From Nitrospirota bacterium (GTDB lineage: Bacteria; Nitrospirota; UBA9217): a DNA stretch of 64,000 nucleotides. The translations under genes were made by a program, and so were the position numbers. Positions 1-9,772 of the stretch are shown here, piece after piece. Positions within the stretch are counted from its first letter, which is position 1. The number at the start of each line of letters is the position of its first letter. The stretch spans positions 32,001 to 96,000 of the forward strand of contig CAVVUN010000009.1 of assembly GCA_963751455.1 (NCBI GenBank). Direction: 5' to 3'. The notes under the pieces are model-generated. The model was not told the DNA's origin, ran no database searches, and worked only from the letters and a program-made list of their open reading frames with translations.

Positions 1-1
1 G

Positions 2-673
2 AAGCCCTGCGACGATGCCCTGAGGGAAGCGCGGAAGATTGCTGACACAGAGCGGGCGCTCATCAAGACGGTCTGCGAAGAGGGGGAGGCCCACGAACGG
101 ATCGTTGACCTCGCAGATGCTGAAAACTGCGATCTGATCATTATGGGGCGAAGGGGGCGTCGCAAGGTTGAACGCATGCTCGTTGGACGGGTGACAGCGC
201 GCGTTATTGGCCATTCCCAGCGCGATGTGCTTGTCGTCCCGAACGGAACGAAAGTAGGCTGGAAAACAGTGGCTGTTGCTACCGATGGCTCAAAGTACAG
301 CGACACGGCAGCCGCACGGGCCATCGAGTTCGCGAAAGCGTACGGTGGAGAGATGAAGGTTCTTTCCGTTGTTGATGTACCCGCCGAGTTTTACGGGGAA
401 GCGCCCCAAGCTGTGGAGGACCTGGTTAAACAAGCAAAAGGCTTCGTCGCTGATGTAAAGAAAAAGGCAGAGGAGGCCGGAATCAGGGCAGATACCTTTG
501 TCGGCGAGGCAGAAGCCGACCAGGCAATAAATGCCATGGCCCGGGAACAGAAGGCCGATATGATCGTTATCGGTTCACATGGGCGGACCGGCTTGAGGCG
601 GCTGCTCATGGGAAGCGTTGCCGAAAAAGCGATCGGTTTCGCGACCTGCCCGGTGCTGGTCGTCAAATCATGA
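2..673 (+). CDS. Universal stress protein with tandem USP domains, 5'-partial
   Basis: Frame is open from the window start (KPCDDALREA...DLIIMGRRG). The second domain has VAVATDGS, IVIGSHGRTGLRRLLMGSVAE and CPVLVV. Confidence 0.92.
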   Translation, partial: KPCDDALREARKIADTERALIKTVCEEGEAHERIVDLADAENCDLIIMGRRGRRKVERMLVGRVTARVIGHSQRDVLVVPNGTKVGWKTVAVATDGSKYSDTAAARAIEFAKAYGGEMKVLSVVDVPAEFYGEAPQAVEDLVKQAKGFVADVKKKAEEAGIRADTFVGEAEADQAINAMAREQKADMIVIGSHGRTGLRRLLMGSVAEKAIGFATCPVLVVKS

Positions 674-813
674 TCCCGGCACACTGCTTATGAGAACCGG
701 GCTGTCGGCGACAAACTGCTTCTTTCTCTTGCATTTTTCCCCGAACTGTATTATTCTTTTCCTAACGCACAAATGCAAACCTCATTTTCCGCGTAAAGTT
801 CTCGTCTTATTGT

Positions 814-2628
814 ATGCCCGATAAAATCTCTCCATTCAAAGGAACGATCAAATCACTAGGCCTCGTCTTCGGCGATATCGGCACGAGCCCGATCTATACG
901 CTGACCGTGATTTTTCTGATCACGCCGCGCACGGAGCACAATGTAATAGGCGTGCTGTCGCTGATCTTCTGGACGCTGATCCTGTTAGTCACCGTCCAGT
1001 ACACGTGGCTGGCGATGAGTCTTGGAAAGCGCGGTGAAGGAGGCACTATCGTGCTTCGGGAGATCCTTGTACCGCTCCTGAAGTCAAGCAGGAATGTGGC
1101 CTTTGTCACGCTTCTGTCCTTCATCGGCATTTCGCTCATGGTCGGCGATGGTGTCATCACTCCCGCTATCAGTATTTTGAGCGCGGTCGAGGGCATCCTG
1201 CTGATTCCCGGGCTTGAAAAAACCAGCCAGGGAACACTGATTGTAATCGCGGGAATCATTGCGGTTATTCTTTTTTACTTCCAAAAGAAGGGGACGGACA
1301 AGGTATCAGGGGCCTTCGGACCCATCGTTCTTGTGTGGTTTGTGATACTGGCAGTATCCGGGATTGCCTCGATCATACAGGTGCCCGGTGTAATCAAGGC
1401 TGTAAATCCATTGAATGCCTTCCAATTTTTTCTGAACAACGGGTTATCCGGTTTCTTCGTCCTTTCCGAAGTGATTCTGTGCGCAACAGGCGGTGAGGCC
1501 CTGTACGCGGATATGGGACATCTGGGGAGGGCGCCTATTGTCAGAGCCTGGTCCGGCGTCTTCTGGGCCCTGGTATTAAACTATTTCGGGCAGGGGGCAT
1601 TCATTATCGCGCATCCGAATGCAAAAAACGTTCTTTTTGAGATGTTTTTCCATCAGGCCCGTATTCTTTACATACCGTTCCTCCTCCTTTCTATAATGGC
1701 CACAGTGATTGCTTCACAGGCGATGATAAGCGGTATGTTCTCGATTGTGTACCAGGGGATAACGACGCGCATCATGCCGATGTTCAAAGTCGATTACACG
1801 TCGACCGAGCGGCAATCTCAAATCTACATCGGGTTCGTGAACTGGTTCCTGCTCCTTCTCGTGATCTTCATTATGATAGAGTTTCGCGAGTCGAGCCGGC
1901 TTGCCGCAGCATACGGCCTGGCGGTGACAGGTACGATGACGCTGACAGGCGTCATGATGACCTGGATATACTTCCTACGAAGAAACTTCCTTCGGGCCTG
2001 CATCTCGTTCTTCGTAATGCTGGTTTCCGCAATTTACCTCATTTCGAATACGTACAAAATCCCGCACGGCGGCTACTGGTCGTTGATAATCGCCGCGATC
2101 CCGTTCTCGATCATCATGCTGTATCGCAGGGGCCAGCGGAAACTCTATAATGCGCTCCAACCGCTCCCGCTCGATGTGTTTCTGCTGAGCTACGATCAGA
2201 TCTACAAGTCAGTGAACAAAATCAATGGCACCGCGCTCTATTTTGCCAAGGACGCGAACGAGATGCCGCCCTATATCGTCCATACCATGTTTAAGAACAA
2301 CATCGTTTACCGGGACAACATCATCGTTTCGATTGTTCGCCGCGATGACCCGTTCGGAATTACCGGGTATTTCAAACAGGAGCTTGCGCCGGGGCTGCGG
2401 ACGTTCCAAATACAGGCCGGGTATATGGAAGTGCCCGACGTGGAAGAGATTCTGCGCGAAGCCGGGATCAGCGAGAAAACGATTTTCTACGGTGTCGAGG
2501 ACATAATCCCGTCAAACGTCATTTGGCACATGTTCTCGATCATAAAGCGGCTCACCCCGAACATCGTACAGTTCTACAAACTGCCCCCGAACAAGCTCCA
2601 CGGCGTAGTGACACGTATAGAGATGTAA
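814..2628 (+). CDS. kup: KUP/HAK/KT potassium transporter
   Basis: GLVFGDIGTSPIY, GEGGT, GDGVITPAISILSAVEG and TGGEALYADMGH motifs; many TM segments. Confidence 0.96.
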   Translation: MPDKISPFKGTIKSLGLVFGDIGTSPIYTLTVIFLITPRTEHNVIGVLSLIFWTLILLVTVQYTWLAMSLGKRGEGGTIVLREILVPLLKSSRNVAFVTLLSFIGISLMVGDGVITPAISILSAVEGILLIPGLEKTSQGTLIVIAGIIAVILFYFQKKGTDKVSGAFGPIVLVWFVILAVSGIASIIQVPGVIKAVNPLNAFQFFLNNGLSGFFVLSEVILCATGGEALYADMGHLGRAPIVRAWSGVFWALVLNYFGQGAFIIAHPNAKNVLFEMFFHQARILYIPFLLLSIMATVIASQAMISGMFSIVYQGITTRIMPMFKVDYTSTERQSQIYIGFVNWFLLLLVIFIMIEFRESSRLAAAYGLAVTGTMTLTGVMMTWIYFLRRNFLRACISFFVMLVSAIYLISNTYKIPHGGYWSLIIAAIPFSIIMLYRRGQRKLYNALQPLPLDVFLLSYDQIYKSVNKINGTALYFAKDANEMPPYIVHTMFKNNIVYRDNIIVSIVRRDDPFGITGYFKQELAPGLRTFQIQAGYMEVPDVEEILREAGISEKTIFYGVEDIIPSNVIWHMFSIIKRLTPNIVQFYKLPPNKLHGVVTRIEM

Positions 2629-2665
2629 GAAGGATGCGGTACTGAATAGTCTAAGTAACAGGCCT

Positions 2666-2710
2666 GAAGTCAAGATAATGCTTGACTTCCTGGTTCAGAA
2701 GGGGCATAGT
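2666..2710 (+). promoter_or_regulatory. Hairpin after kup overlapping a sigma70-like csp promoter
   Basis: GAAGTCAAG-ataatg-CTTGACTTC at 2666-2689; TTGACT (2682) - 17 nt - CATAGT (2705). Confidence 0.45.
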
Positions 2711-2822
2711 ACACCAGAAGTTCCGGATGTGCTTGCAGGGGAAACCGCAAAGACAAATCGACTTTGCGGCATTTTTTTGTTAATTTCCGTCGCTTCAATT
2801 CACAAGAAGGAGGTAGAACATC

Positions 2823-3023
2823 ATGGAGACAGGTACCGTAAAGTGGTTCAATGATTCCAAAGGTTTTGGATTCATTACCCGTGAAAAAGGCGGCGATGTG
2901 TTCGTTCATTTTGGCGACATTCAGGACAGCGGCTTTAAGTCGTTGGCTGAAGGTCAGCAAGTCGAATTCGACGTTGTTGATTCGCCCAAAGGCCCCAAGG
3001 CATCCAACGTTATAAAACTCTAA
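2823..3023 (+). CDS. csp: Cold-shock protein (CspA family)
   Basis: GTVKWFN..KGFGFI (RNP1) and DVFVHF (RNP2); RBS GGAGGT. Confidence 0.97.
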   Translation: METGTVKWFNDSKGFGFITREKGGDVFVHFGDIQDSGFKSLAEGQQVEFDVVDSPKGPKASNVIKL

Positions 3024-3043
3024 GCTAATCGCTTAAATCTTCG

Positions 3044-3074
3044 CAGGCCCTGGTCATTCAGGGCCTGTTTTTTT
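3044..3074 (+). terminator. Rho-independent terminator of csp
   Basis: CAGGCCCTG-gtcatt-CAGGGCCTG followed by T7. Confidence 0.9.
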
Positions 3075-3140
3075 ATTCTCTTTTTCCATACGGTGAATGG
3101 CCCGAGCGACTCGGAACTGCATAAGCTCGGAAGGTCTTTG

Positions 3141-3386
3141 TCACTGCACTGACGGTCTTTCACTATACGGCTGCTTCCGGCTTTCTTCCATTTTTCTTCG
3201 TATTCTTATCCACCATAAAACGCTTATTCCCGCAACCATACCGGCAACAAAGAAAAGCAGTGCTATGACGGCCAGCGACCCGTCGAAGCGCCAGAACAGG
3301 AATGAAATTGCGACGGGCATGGCGTTCTGGACTGAAAAAAAAGCAGTGAAGACTATTACAAGAGCAATAAGAATTATCGCAGCCAT
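3141..3386 (-). CDS. LapA/DUF1049 family small membrane protein
   Basis: FSVQNAMPVAISFLFWRFDGSLA with two TM helices; GGAGGA RBS before ATG 3386. Confidence 0.85.
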   Translation of the reverse strand: MAAIILIALVIVFTAFFSVQNAMPVAISFLFWRFDGSLAVIALLFFVAGMVAGISVLWWIRIRRKMEESRKQPYSERPSVQ

Positions 3387-3669
3387 AGGATCCTCCAAGG
3401 TGGAACATGTTGGTGCAAGGGACACGCTTGTATTGTCTACATTGCAGGAGCGGCTTTATGACCTGATTTCATTTTAGCTCATCAAGCGAGTAAACGGCCG
3501 TCGCTGCGTAATTCGGTAGCGTTTATATCGGGAAGTTGCATGAAAAGAAGGAGGAGTGGAGGATGGTTGCATGGGCAGTTTCCCGGTTTGTTAAAGAGAT
3601 TTGCTTCCAGAAAGCCGGCTGAATAAGAGGCGCGTCATCGGTCGCAGAAAGCGGTATTTTATCAGCCGA

Positions 3670-4062
3670 TTACTTGCCAATAAAGCTGTTTACGGAATGT
3701 ACCAGCTCCTTGCTGAATTGATTTAATCTAATACCTTTATGAACGAATCCGGTTGCGCCTGCTTCCCGCGCGGCAAGGACATCGCTTTCCAGTGTCGAGC
3801 CGGTTACAATAAGGACCGGGATTTCTTTCAACCGGTCATCGGCACGTATTCTGCGAACTGTCTCAAGGCCGCCCATTCCGGGCATTTTGAGATCCATTAA
3901 TATAATTGACGGCAACTCGGCAATCTTTCTCAAATGTTCAAGCGCTCGTTCGCCGCTGATAACGCTTTCGATCCGCAAATCAGCGGGGACCCCTTTCAAC
4001 GCCATTTCCGTCAACAGGACGTCATCCGGCCTGTCATCAACAATCAGTATAGTCCTAGTCAT
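3670..4062 (-). CDS. Single-domain response regulator (Rcp1-like receiver)
   Basis: ILIVDD, ILMDLKMPGMGG, VTGS and GFVHK receiver motifs; start moved to MTRTIL. Confidence 0.92.
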   Translation of the reverse strand: MTRTILIVDDRPDDVLLTEMALKGVPADLRIESVISGERALEHLRKIAELPSIILMDLKMPGMGGLETVRRIRADDRLKEIPVLIVTGSTLESDVLAAREAGATGFVHKGIRLNQFSKELVHSVNSFIGK

Positions 4063-4263
4063 CGTCGCTTTTACAAGCAATAAGCTTGAGAAGAAACGGG
4101 AACCCCCCTTCGTATAATGATGATGCAGTAAAATGCAGACCCGCACTTTAGCATAAAAATAATATCGTGTAAATAAATTATTATACGAATGTAAAAGAGA
4201 AATAACGCAGGCAAATAACCAAAGGGATCAAAAAGCGGCCCTGAGCAGGATGGCAGTATTGTG

Positions 4264-5394
4264 TTACAACGGCAGTTTTTTCGTTTCTTCGACAAGAGCC
4301 GCTTCTGCGCCGCTCAATGATTGAAGCCGGTCTCCGAATTTGATCAGACGCTTGTCCGCGTCCTCGTACTTCGTTTTCATGCTCGCCATATGTTTTCCCA
4401 TCAAATCGAAATCCGACCTGAACCGGTCGAAATCGCCGGAAAGCCGGGCAAGGCTTTTCAGGATATCCTGGGCCTGCTCCTCGATGTGCAGGCCCTTTAA
4501 CCCCAGCAGGATCGTCTGAAGGTAAGCGTAGAAACTATTCGGCGAGACGGGTATGACGCGTTTCGCAAAAGAGTAATTCATGAGTCCTTTATCCGTGTCG
4601 ACTGACTCGTCCTTGATGATGAGTTCGTAATAAACATTCTCGGCAGGGATGTACATAAGCGCGAAATCGAAGGTGCCTTCGTCGGGCAGAATATACTTGC
4701 AGGCAATGGCATCCACATGTTTCTTCACGTCCGCAAGAAACTTTCTTTTCGAGGACTTCTGCTCGTCTTCGGCTGTTGTTTCAACCATGCGCTTGAAGTT
4801 CTCGAGAGGGAATTTTGCGTCTACGGGCACCAGGTTATTGCCCAGCCTGATGACCGCGTCCACAGCCTCGCCGCTCTTGAACCGGTATTGGATCGTATAA
4901 TGCGCAGGCGGGAGTATCTGGGCCAGCAGATCGCCCAGAAAAAGCTCGCCGAGACCGCCGCGAAGCTTGGGAGAACGAAGGATTTCCTGGAGGCTGGCGA
5001 TGTCCTTGCCAACGAGAAAAACCTTCTGCGTCGCTTCGCTCAAGCCGCCGAGGCTTTTACTCACTTCCTGAACAACCCGGGCCGCGTTATCGAGCCTGGT
5101 ATTCAGGTCTCCGGTCGATTTTTGGAGCTGCTGAGCGACTTGGCCGAGTTGTGTATTTACCTGCGACGTTACCGATCCGAGCTGGTTATTTACCTGCGAG
5201 GTAATCTGTCCGAGCTGCTGGTTGACGCTTTCCTGGCTTCTTTGAACCGCCTCGGTCAACTGGCCGCGGAGCGACTGCACCTCCTGCTGGAGCATGGTAA
5301 CGCCCGGGTCAGCGGTCTTCGAGCGGGACTGGAAAATGTTCCAGACGAGAACGAGCAGCACGAGCGCGAGCAATATGAGGATGGCGATTTGCAT
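4264..5394 (-). CDS. rmuC: DNA recombination protein RmuC
   Basis: N-terminal TM and coiled coil; RGGLGE, VDAKFPLENF, FALMYIPAENVYYE, VSPNS. Confidence 0.94.
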   Translation of the reverse strand: MQIAILILLALVLLVLVWNIFQSRSKTADPGVTMLQQEVQSLRGQLTEAVQRSQESVNQQLGQITSQVNNQLGSVTSQVNTQLGQVAQQLQKSTGDLNTRLDNAARVVQEVSKSLGGLSEATQKVFLVGKDIASLQEILRSPKLRGGLGELFLGDLLAQILPPAHYTIQYRFKSGEAVDAVIRLGNNLVPVDAKFPLENFKRMVETTAEDEQKSSKRKFLADVKKHVDAIACKYILPDEGTFDFALMYIPAENVYYELIIKDESVDTDKGLMNYSFAKRVIPVSPNSFYAYLQTILLGLKGLHIEEQAQDILKSLARLSGDFDRFRSDFDLMGKHMASMKTKYEDADKRLIKFGDRLQSLSGAEAALVEETKKLPL

Positions 5395-5489
5395 AGTTAG
5401 TTCGGAGTTCGGGGTTCAGAGTTTGAAAAAAATGCTGGAGATTGGCGTCGTTTAGAGAATCAGAATTTTACTCCGCAATCCGCCATGAT

Positions 5490-6488
5490 TTATTTGATTT
5501 CCAGCATTCTGTCCAGCGCTCTCTTTGCCCTGGTTCGGATATCTTCAGGAACCGTGATGAGGTACTGCATTTTCTCCATCGCGGTCAGGACGCTTTGGAG
5601 CTTCGTTCGCTTCATGTTCGGACAAACCATCTCTTTATTGAGAACATAGAATTGTTTGTCCGGGCTGTCTTTTTTAAGACGGTGGAGAATGCCTTCCTCG
5701 GTCCCGATGATAAATTCCGCATTTTTCGATTCCTTGCAGTACCGGATCATGCCCGACGTGCTGGTAATATGATCAGCCATATCCTGTACTTCAGGAGGAC
5801 ACTCGGGATGGACAAGAAGAACGGCGTCGGGATGCTCTGCCTTTGCCCGCTTCACGTCATCAATATCGAGATGCGCCATATGCACATTACAGAAGCCGTC
5901 CCAGGAGATGATTTTTTTCTTTGTTCTCTTTGCCGCGTACGAGGATAGATTACGGTCCGGGATGCAGATGACGGTATCTTCTCTCAGGGATTCGACCACT
6001 TTGACCACATTCGCGGAAGTACAGCAGACATCGCTTTCGGCCTTCACTGCGGCGGAGGTATTGACATACGCGACGACCGGTACGCCGGGATGTTTTTTCT
6101 TCATGTCCAGGAGCGTAAATTCGTCTGCAAATTCAAAGCTAATGCCAAGAATGTCCGAATAATGCTCCCGTCTGGTCTTGCGGGGTCCTTTTACGGTAAC
6201 CATATCAGCCATCGGACAGCCGGCGCCGATTTCTGGCAGCAGGACCGTTTTTTGCGGAGAAAGAATCGCGGCGCTTTCAGCCATGAAGTGAACGCCGCAG
6301 AACACAATGACCCTGTGGTCGGTCTTTGCTGCAGCGCGGGAAAGTTCGAGGGAGTCGCCGGTAATATCAGCTATGTCCTGGACTTCGGGACGCTGATAAT
6401 TGTGGGCCAGGATAATTGCATTCAGTTCAGTCTTTAGTTTCAGGATTTTTTCGCTGATTGCCGTGATGTCAGTCTTATGTTTAGTCAT
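5490..6488 (-). CDS. nadA: Quinolinate synthase
   Basis: [46 protein letters not shown]. Confidence 0.97.
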   Translation of the reverse strand: MTKHKTDITAISEKILKLKTELNAIILAHNYQRPEVQDIADITGDSLELSRAAAKTDHRVIVFCGVHFMAESAAILSPQKTVLLPEIGAGCPMADMVTVKGPRKTRREHYSDILGISFEFADEFTLLDMKKKHPGVPVVAYVNTSAAVKAESDVCCTSANVVKVVESLREDTVICIPDRNLSSYAAKRTKKKIISWDGFCNVHMAHLDIDDVKRAKAEHPDAVLLVHPECPPEVQDMADHITSTSGMIRYCKESKNAEFIIGTEEGILHRLKKDSPDKQFYVLNKEMVCPNMKRTKLQSVLTAMEKMQYLITVPEDIRTRAKRALDRMLEIK

Positions 6489-6542
6489 AGTAGGTGATAA
6501 TACCGATAATAACGGCAGATTGTCAAATGGAAAGTAAATGCA

Positions 6543-6622
6543 CATAGGGCATGGCGCATAGCGTGGAGTACTGCGAAATTAGTGCGATCCTGAAGGCTGC
6601 GCTTTGCGCTATGCGCCATGCG
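6543..6622. repeat. Inverted heptamer-array palindrome between nadA and era
   Basis: catagggcatggcgcatagcg ... cgctttgcgctatgcgccatgcg (7-nt period, inverted arms). Confidence 0.65.
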
Positions 6623-6672
6623 GAAAGGGTTTTATGTTGCGCCGAATACCGATTTCGGGTATTCTACCGCTC

Positions 6673-7572
6673 ATGTCAGAAGAAAAGAACTTCAAATCCG
6701 GCTTCATCTCGATCATCGGCCGGCCGAATGTCGGCAAATCGACGCTCCTGAACACGCTTCTCGGTGAAAAAATAGCCATCATTTCCGACAAGCCGCAAAC
6801 TACACGTAACCGGATTCTGGGTGTGGTAAACATGCCCGGCATGCAGATGGTCTTCATGGACACACCCGGCATTCATAAACCCATGCACAAGATGAACGAG
6901 TTTATGGTCAAGACTGCGCTCTCCACGTACAACGAAGTCGACGTCATCCTGCTGCTTGTGGAGGCGACTGAAAAGCCCGGCGGCGGTGACAAATACATCA
7001 TTGAGACGCTGAAGCAGGTGAGGACCCCGGTTTTTCTCCTCATCAACAAGGTGGATCTCGTCGAAAAAGAAAGACTTCTGCCGCTCATCGGTGAATTCAA
7101 TACGCTTTATAACTTCGCTGAAATTATCCCGATTTCCGCGCTCCGGAATGACGTCGGCGGGCTGCTGGACGCGATCAGCAGGCGGCTGCCTGAGGGGCCG
7201 CAGTATTTTCCGGAAGACCAGCTGACCGATCAGCCCGAGAGGTTCATCGTATCCGAAATCATACGCGAGAAGGTTTTTGAGCTGACCAAGGAAGAGATCC
7301 CGTACTCCACGGCAGTAGCGATAGAGGAAATGAAGGAAGAGCCGGACATTACGAAGATCGAGGCGGTCATCTATGTCGAGCGCGAGTCGCAGAAGGGGAT
7401 ACTGATCGGCAAAGGCGGGACGATGCTGAAGAGAATCGGCACGCTTGCACGGGAAGACTCTGAAAAACTGCTCGGAACTAAAATATTTCTCAAACTCTGG
7501 GTCAAGGTGAAGAAAGGCTGGCGCGAGGACGAGAGGATGCTGAGGAACCTTGGACTCGTATCGGAAGAATGA
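6673..7572 (+). CDS. era: GTPase Era
   Basis: GRPNVGKSTL, PQTTR, DTPG, NKVD, EEIPYS and a KH domain (QKGILIGKGG). Confidence 0.98.
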   Translation: MSEEKNFKSGFISIIGRPNVGKSTLLNTLLGEKIAIISDKPQTTRNRILGVVNMPGMQMVFMDTPGIHKPMHKMNEFMVKTALSTYNEVDVILLLVEATEKPGGGDKYIIETLKQVRTPVFLLINKVDLVEKERLLPLIGEFNTLYNFAEIIPISALRNDVGGLLDAISRRLPEGPQYFPEDQLTDQPERFIVSEIIREKVFELTKEEIPYSTAVAIEEMKEEPDITKIEAVIYVERESQKGILIGKGGTMLKRIGTLAREDSEKLLGTKIFLKLWVKVKKGWREDERMLRNLGLVSEE

Positions 7573-7576
7573 AACG

Positions 7577-7726
7577 TTTATCCGCAGATTACGCAGATTC
7601 TATAGATTTCAAAGAACAGCAAATTACAGGAGGGGTAATGCTTTTAAAGCCCTTAAGCTATCAGTCTGCGTCATCTGCTTGTGCCCGGCGTTTTGGCAAC
7701 AGCAGGGTACGAAATCTGCAGATAGA
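7577..7726. repeat. Palindromic element with CGCAGATT arms; a degenerate 43-bp element is nested at ~7677-7709
   Basis: atccgcagattacgcagatt ... tctgcgtcatctgc[ttgtgcccggcg..gcagggtac]gaaatctgcagat. Confidence 0.7.
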
Positions 7727-7731
7727 ATTGG

Positions 7732-8349
7732 ATGGATAAAATCATGCATGAACTGGTGAACTGGCTGGTCCAGACCATAGGCGCTCTCGGATACCCGGGT
7801 ATCTTCCTTCTGATGGCCATGGAGAGCTCGGTCATCCCGATTCCGAGCGAACTGGTGATGCCGCCTGCCGGCTATCTCGCGCATGAGGGAAGGATGAACA
7901 TCTGGTTCGCCATTCTGAGCGGCACCGCGGGCAGCCTTGTTGGCGCGTACGCGAACTATTTTGCGGCCCATTATCTGGGACGGCCGCTTGTCCTGAAATA
8001 CGGCAAGTACGTCTGGATCACCGAAGAAAAATTCGGGAAGGTCGAAACGTTCTTCAGAGACCATGGAGAGATATCGACTTTTATCGGCCGGCTGCTTCCC
8101 GTAATCAGGCATCTGATCTCGCTGCCCGCAGGACTGGCGGGCATGAACCATCTGACGTTCTCGCTCTATACGCTGCTCGGCGCAGGGCTGTGGGTCACGA
8201 TTCTGACGTACATCGGCTATTTCATAGGCGCGAACCGCGAACTCATTATAAAGTACTCGAATCAGGCGCTGATCGGCGCAGTTGTATTCAGTATCGTCAT
8301 CATCGCGGTTTATGTGGGGCGCCACAGAAGAAAAAAAGAAATTATGTGA
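7732..8349 (+). CDS. DedA family membrane protein
   Basis: ESSVIPIPSELVMPPAG and GRLLPVIRHLISLPAG. Confidence 0.95.
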   Translation: MDKIMHELVNWLVQTIGALGYPGIFLLMAMESSVIPIPSELVMPPAGYLAHEGRMNIWFAILSGTAGSLVGAYANYFAAHYLGRPLVLKYGKYVWITEEKFGKVETFFRDHGEISTFIGRLLPVIRHLISLPAGLAGMNHLTFSLYTLLGAGLWVTILTYIGYFIGANRELIIKYSNQALIGAVVFSIVIIAVYVGRHRRKKEIM

Positions 8350-8355
8350 GACAAG

Positions 8356-8580
8356 TCAAGACCCGTTGCAGCCTTGCCTCCACGCCCGTCGCCTCTCGCT
8401 GTAGGGGCATTGATGTTCGCTGGTTTGATTTGTTGTCTTCCGTATCGGGTCAATGCCAACGAACACCCATCCGCTGCCCCGGCGAAACATCGCTATCTTG
8501 CCTGATTCGAGAGACTGATCAAGCAGCAAAGGCTTGATTAAATCGTATTTAAAATTCTGATACACTACGCGGATAAGCAT
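8356..8580 (-). CDS. GSU3473-family small protein
   Basis: MLIRVVYQ..YD...LLD...SGKI..FRR.SGWV.VG.DPIRK pattern, recognised from memory. Confidence 0.75.
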   Translation of the reverse strand: MLIRVVYQNFKYDLIKPLLLDQSLESGKIAMFRRGSGWVFVGIDPIRKTTNQTSEHQCPYSERRRAWRQGCNGS

Positions 8581-8657
8581 TTCAGCGCTCCATGGAAGTT
8601 ACGATCTTCTTAACCTTCAGGGGCAAAACAGGCTTGGCAATTTCTTCTCCAGGCCGC

Positions 8658-9407
8658 TTACTTCTTATGACAGGAGAGGCAAAGATTGCTGCCTCTGTCC
8701 ATGACCCATGTGAACTTCGAGCCTTCGTTCTGCGTATTGTGAACATCGTGGCAGGTCGTACATTCCATTCTGCCGTTCCAGAGAAGATCGTAAATCCTTA
8801 GCCCATACATATTATCACCGAGAAGAAGCGTGTCGGCAGGGTAGAGTTCACTGTTTACGTCGGCAACATCCTGGTAGACAAAGCCGACAGGGTGGTGATT
8901 TCGCAGGTCGCCGGTCCCTCCGCCGATCAGGATTCTGCCCGATGCCTTTGCGCCTTCAGTGTTACGCAGTGGTCTAGAGGGAATGAAGCCGTAGGCGCTG
9001 ATTCCTATGGAACCATCGTGACAGCTCAGGCAGAGCAAGGATGGGCCGTTTGGTTCGGTGGTGGGTTGCAAGTACAGTGAATTGTCATGAACCGAGCCCC
9101 AATAAGCGGTGCCGTTCGAATACATCGTAAATTCTGAAAGAGTGACCGAATGGTTCCAAAGAGGATAGTATGTGAGCCTTGCGAAGCCGGTAGTATCCTG
9201 CGCGGAATTGATTGCATGATGAGGAGCGTGGCAATAGATGCAGATCCGGTCCAGGTTGTCCCGGGTCCCTTCGAAATAGAAAGCCGACATTCCGCTGATG
9301 CTCAGATCATGTGATGTATGTTTAATACCCGATCCCGGCGTTACGTCTGCGCTTGCTGTAACAGCAAATGCCAACGCAAGTCCTAGTGCTGTGCCATATA
9401 TCTTCAT
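8658..9407 (-). CDS. Secreted tetraheme c-type cytochrome, OmcE-like
   Basis: Signal peptide ending ASA; four CXXCH (CIYCH, CLSCH, CTTCH, CLSCH); HDLS, PLWNH, DLRNHHPV and terminal GSNLCLSCHKK. Confidence 0.85.
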   Translation of the reverse strand: MKIYGTALGLALAFAVTASADVTPGSGIKHTSHDLSISGMSAFYFEGTRDNLDRICIYCHAPHHAINSAQDTTGFARLTYYPLWNHSVTLSEFTMYSNGTAYWGSVHDNSLYLQPTTEPNGPSLLCLSCHDGSIGISAYGFIPSRPLRNTEGAKASGRILIGGGTGDLRNHHPVGFVYQDVADVNSELYPADTLLLGDNMYGLRIYDLLWNGRMECTTCHDVHNTQNEGSKFTWVMDRGSNLCLSCHKK

Positions 9408-9772
9408 TATCGTTCTCCTTTCCTGCAGGGTGACAAACAAGATGTGGTCAGTCAGAAGAGCGAAGTAAAAATTGTTTGGTTATCCTCCGTCTTTCCCTGA
9501 GAAAAACATTTTTCGAGTCTGTACCTAACAAAATCCTACCATCCTGTTTCCTGTTGTCAAATACTCGCGGCTTGAAGTCGCAGATAGTATGGATTAAAAA
9601 ACAGAGGAGACCCGGCGAGATTTGCCTTATGCTGCAAATTCTAATGAAAAGGGTGAAGAAGGGGAGGGCATACGGGAATGAGCTATTGTTGATCTAACAC
9701 TTGTATCGCAGAAAGAAAAGTATTAAGGATCTGCGAAGGGGAAAAAAGAAAGAAGAAGGCGGATCAAAATGC

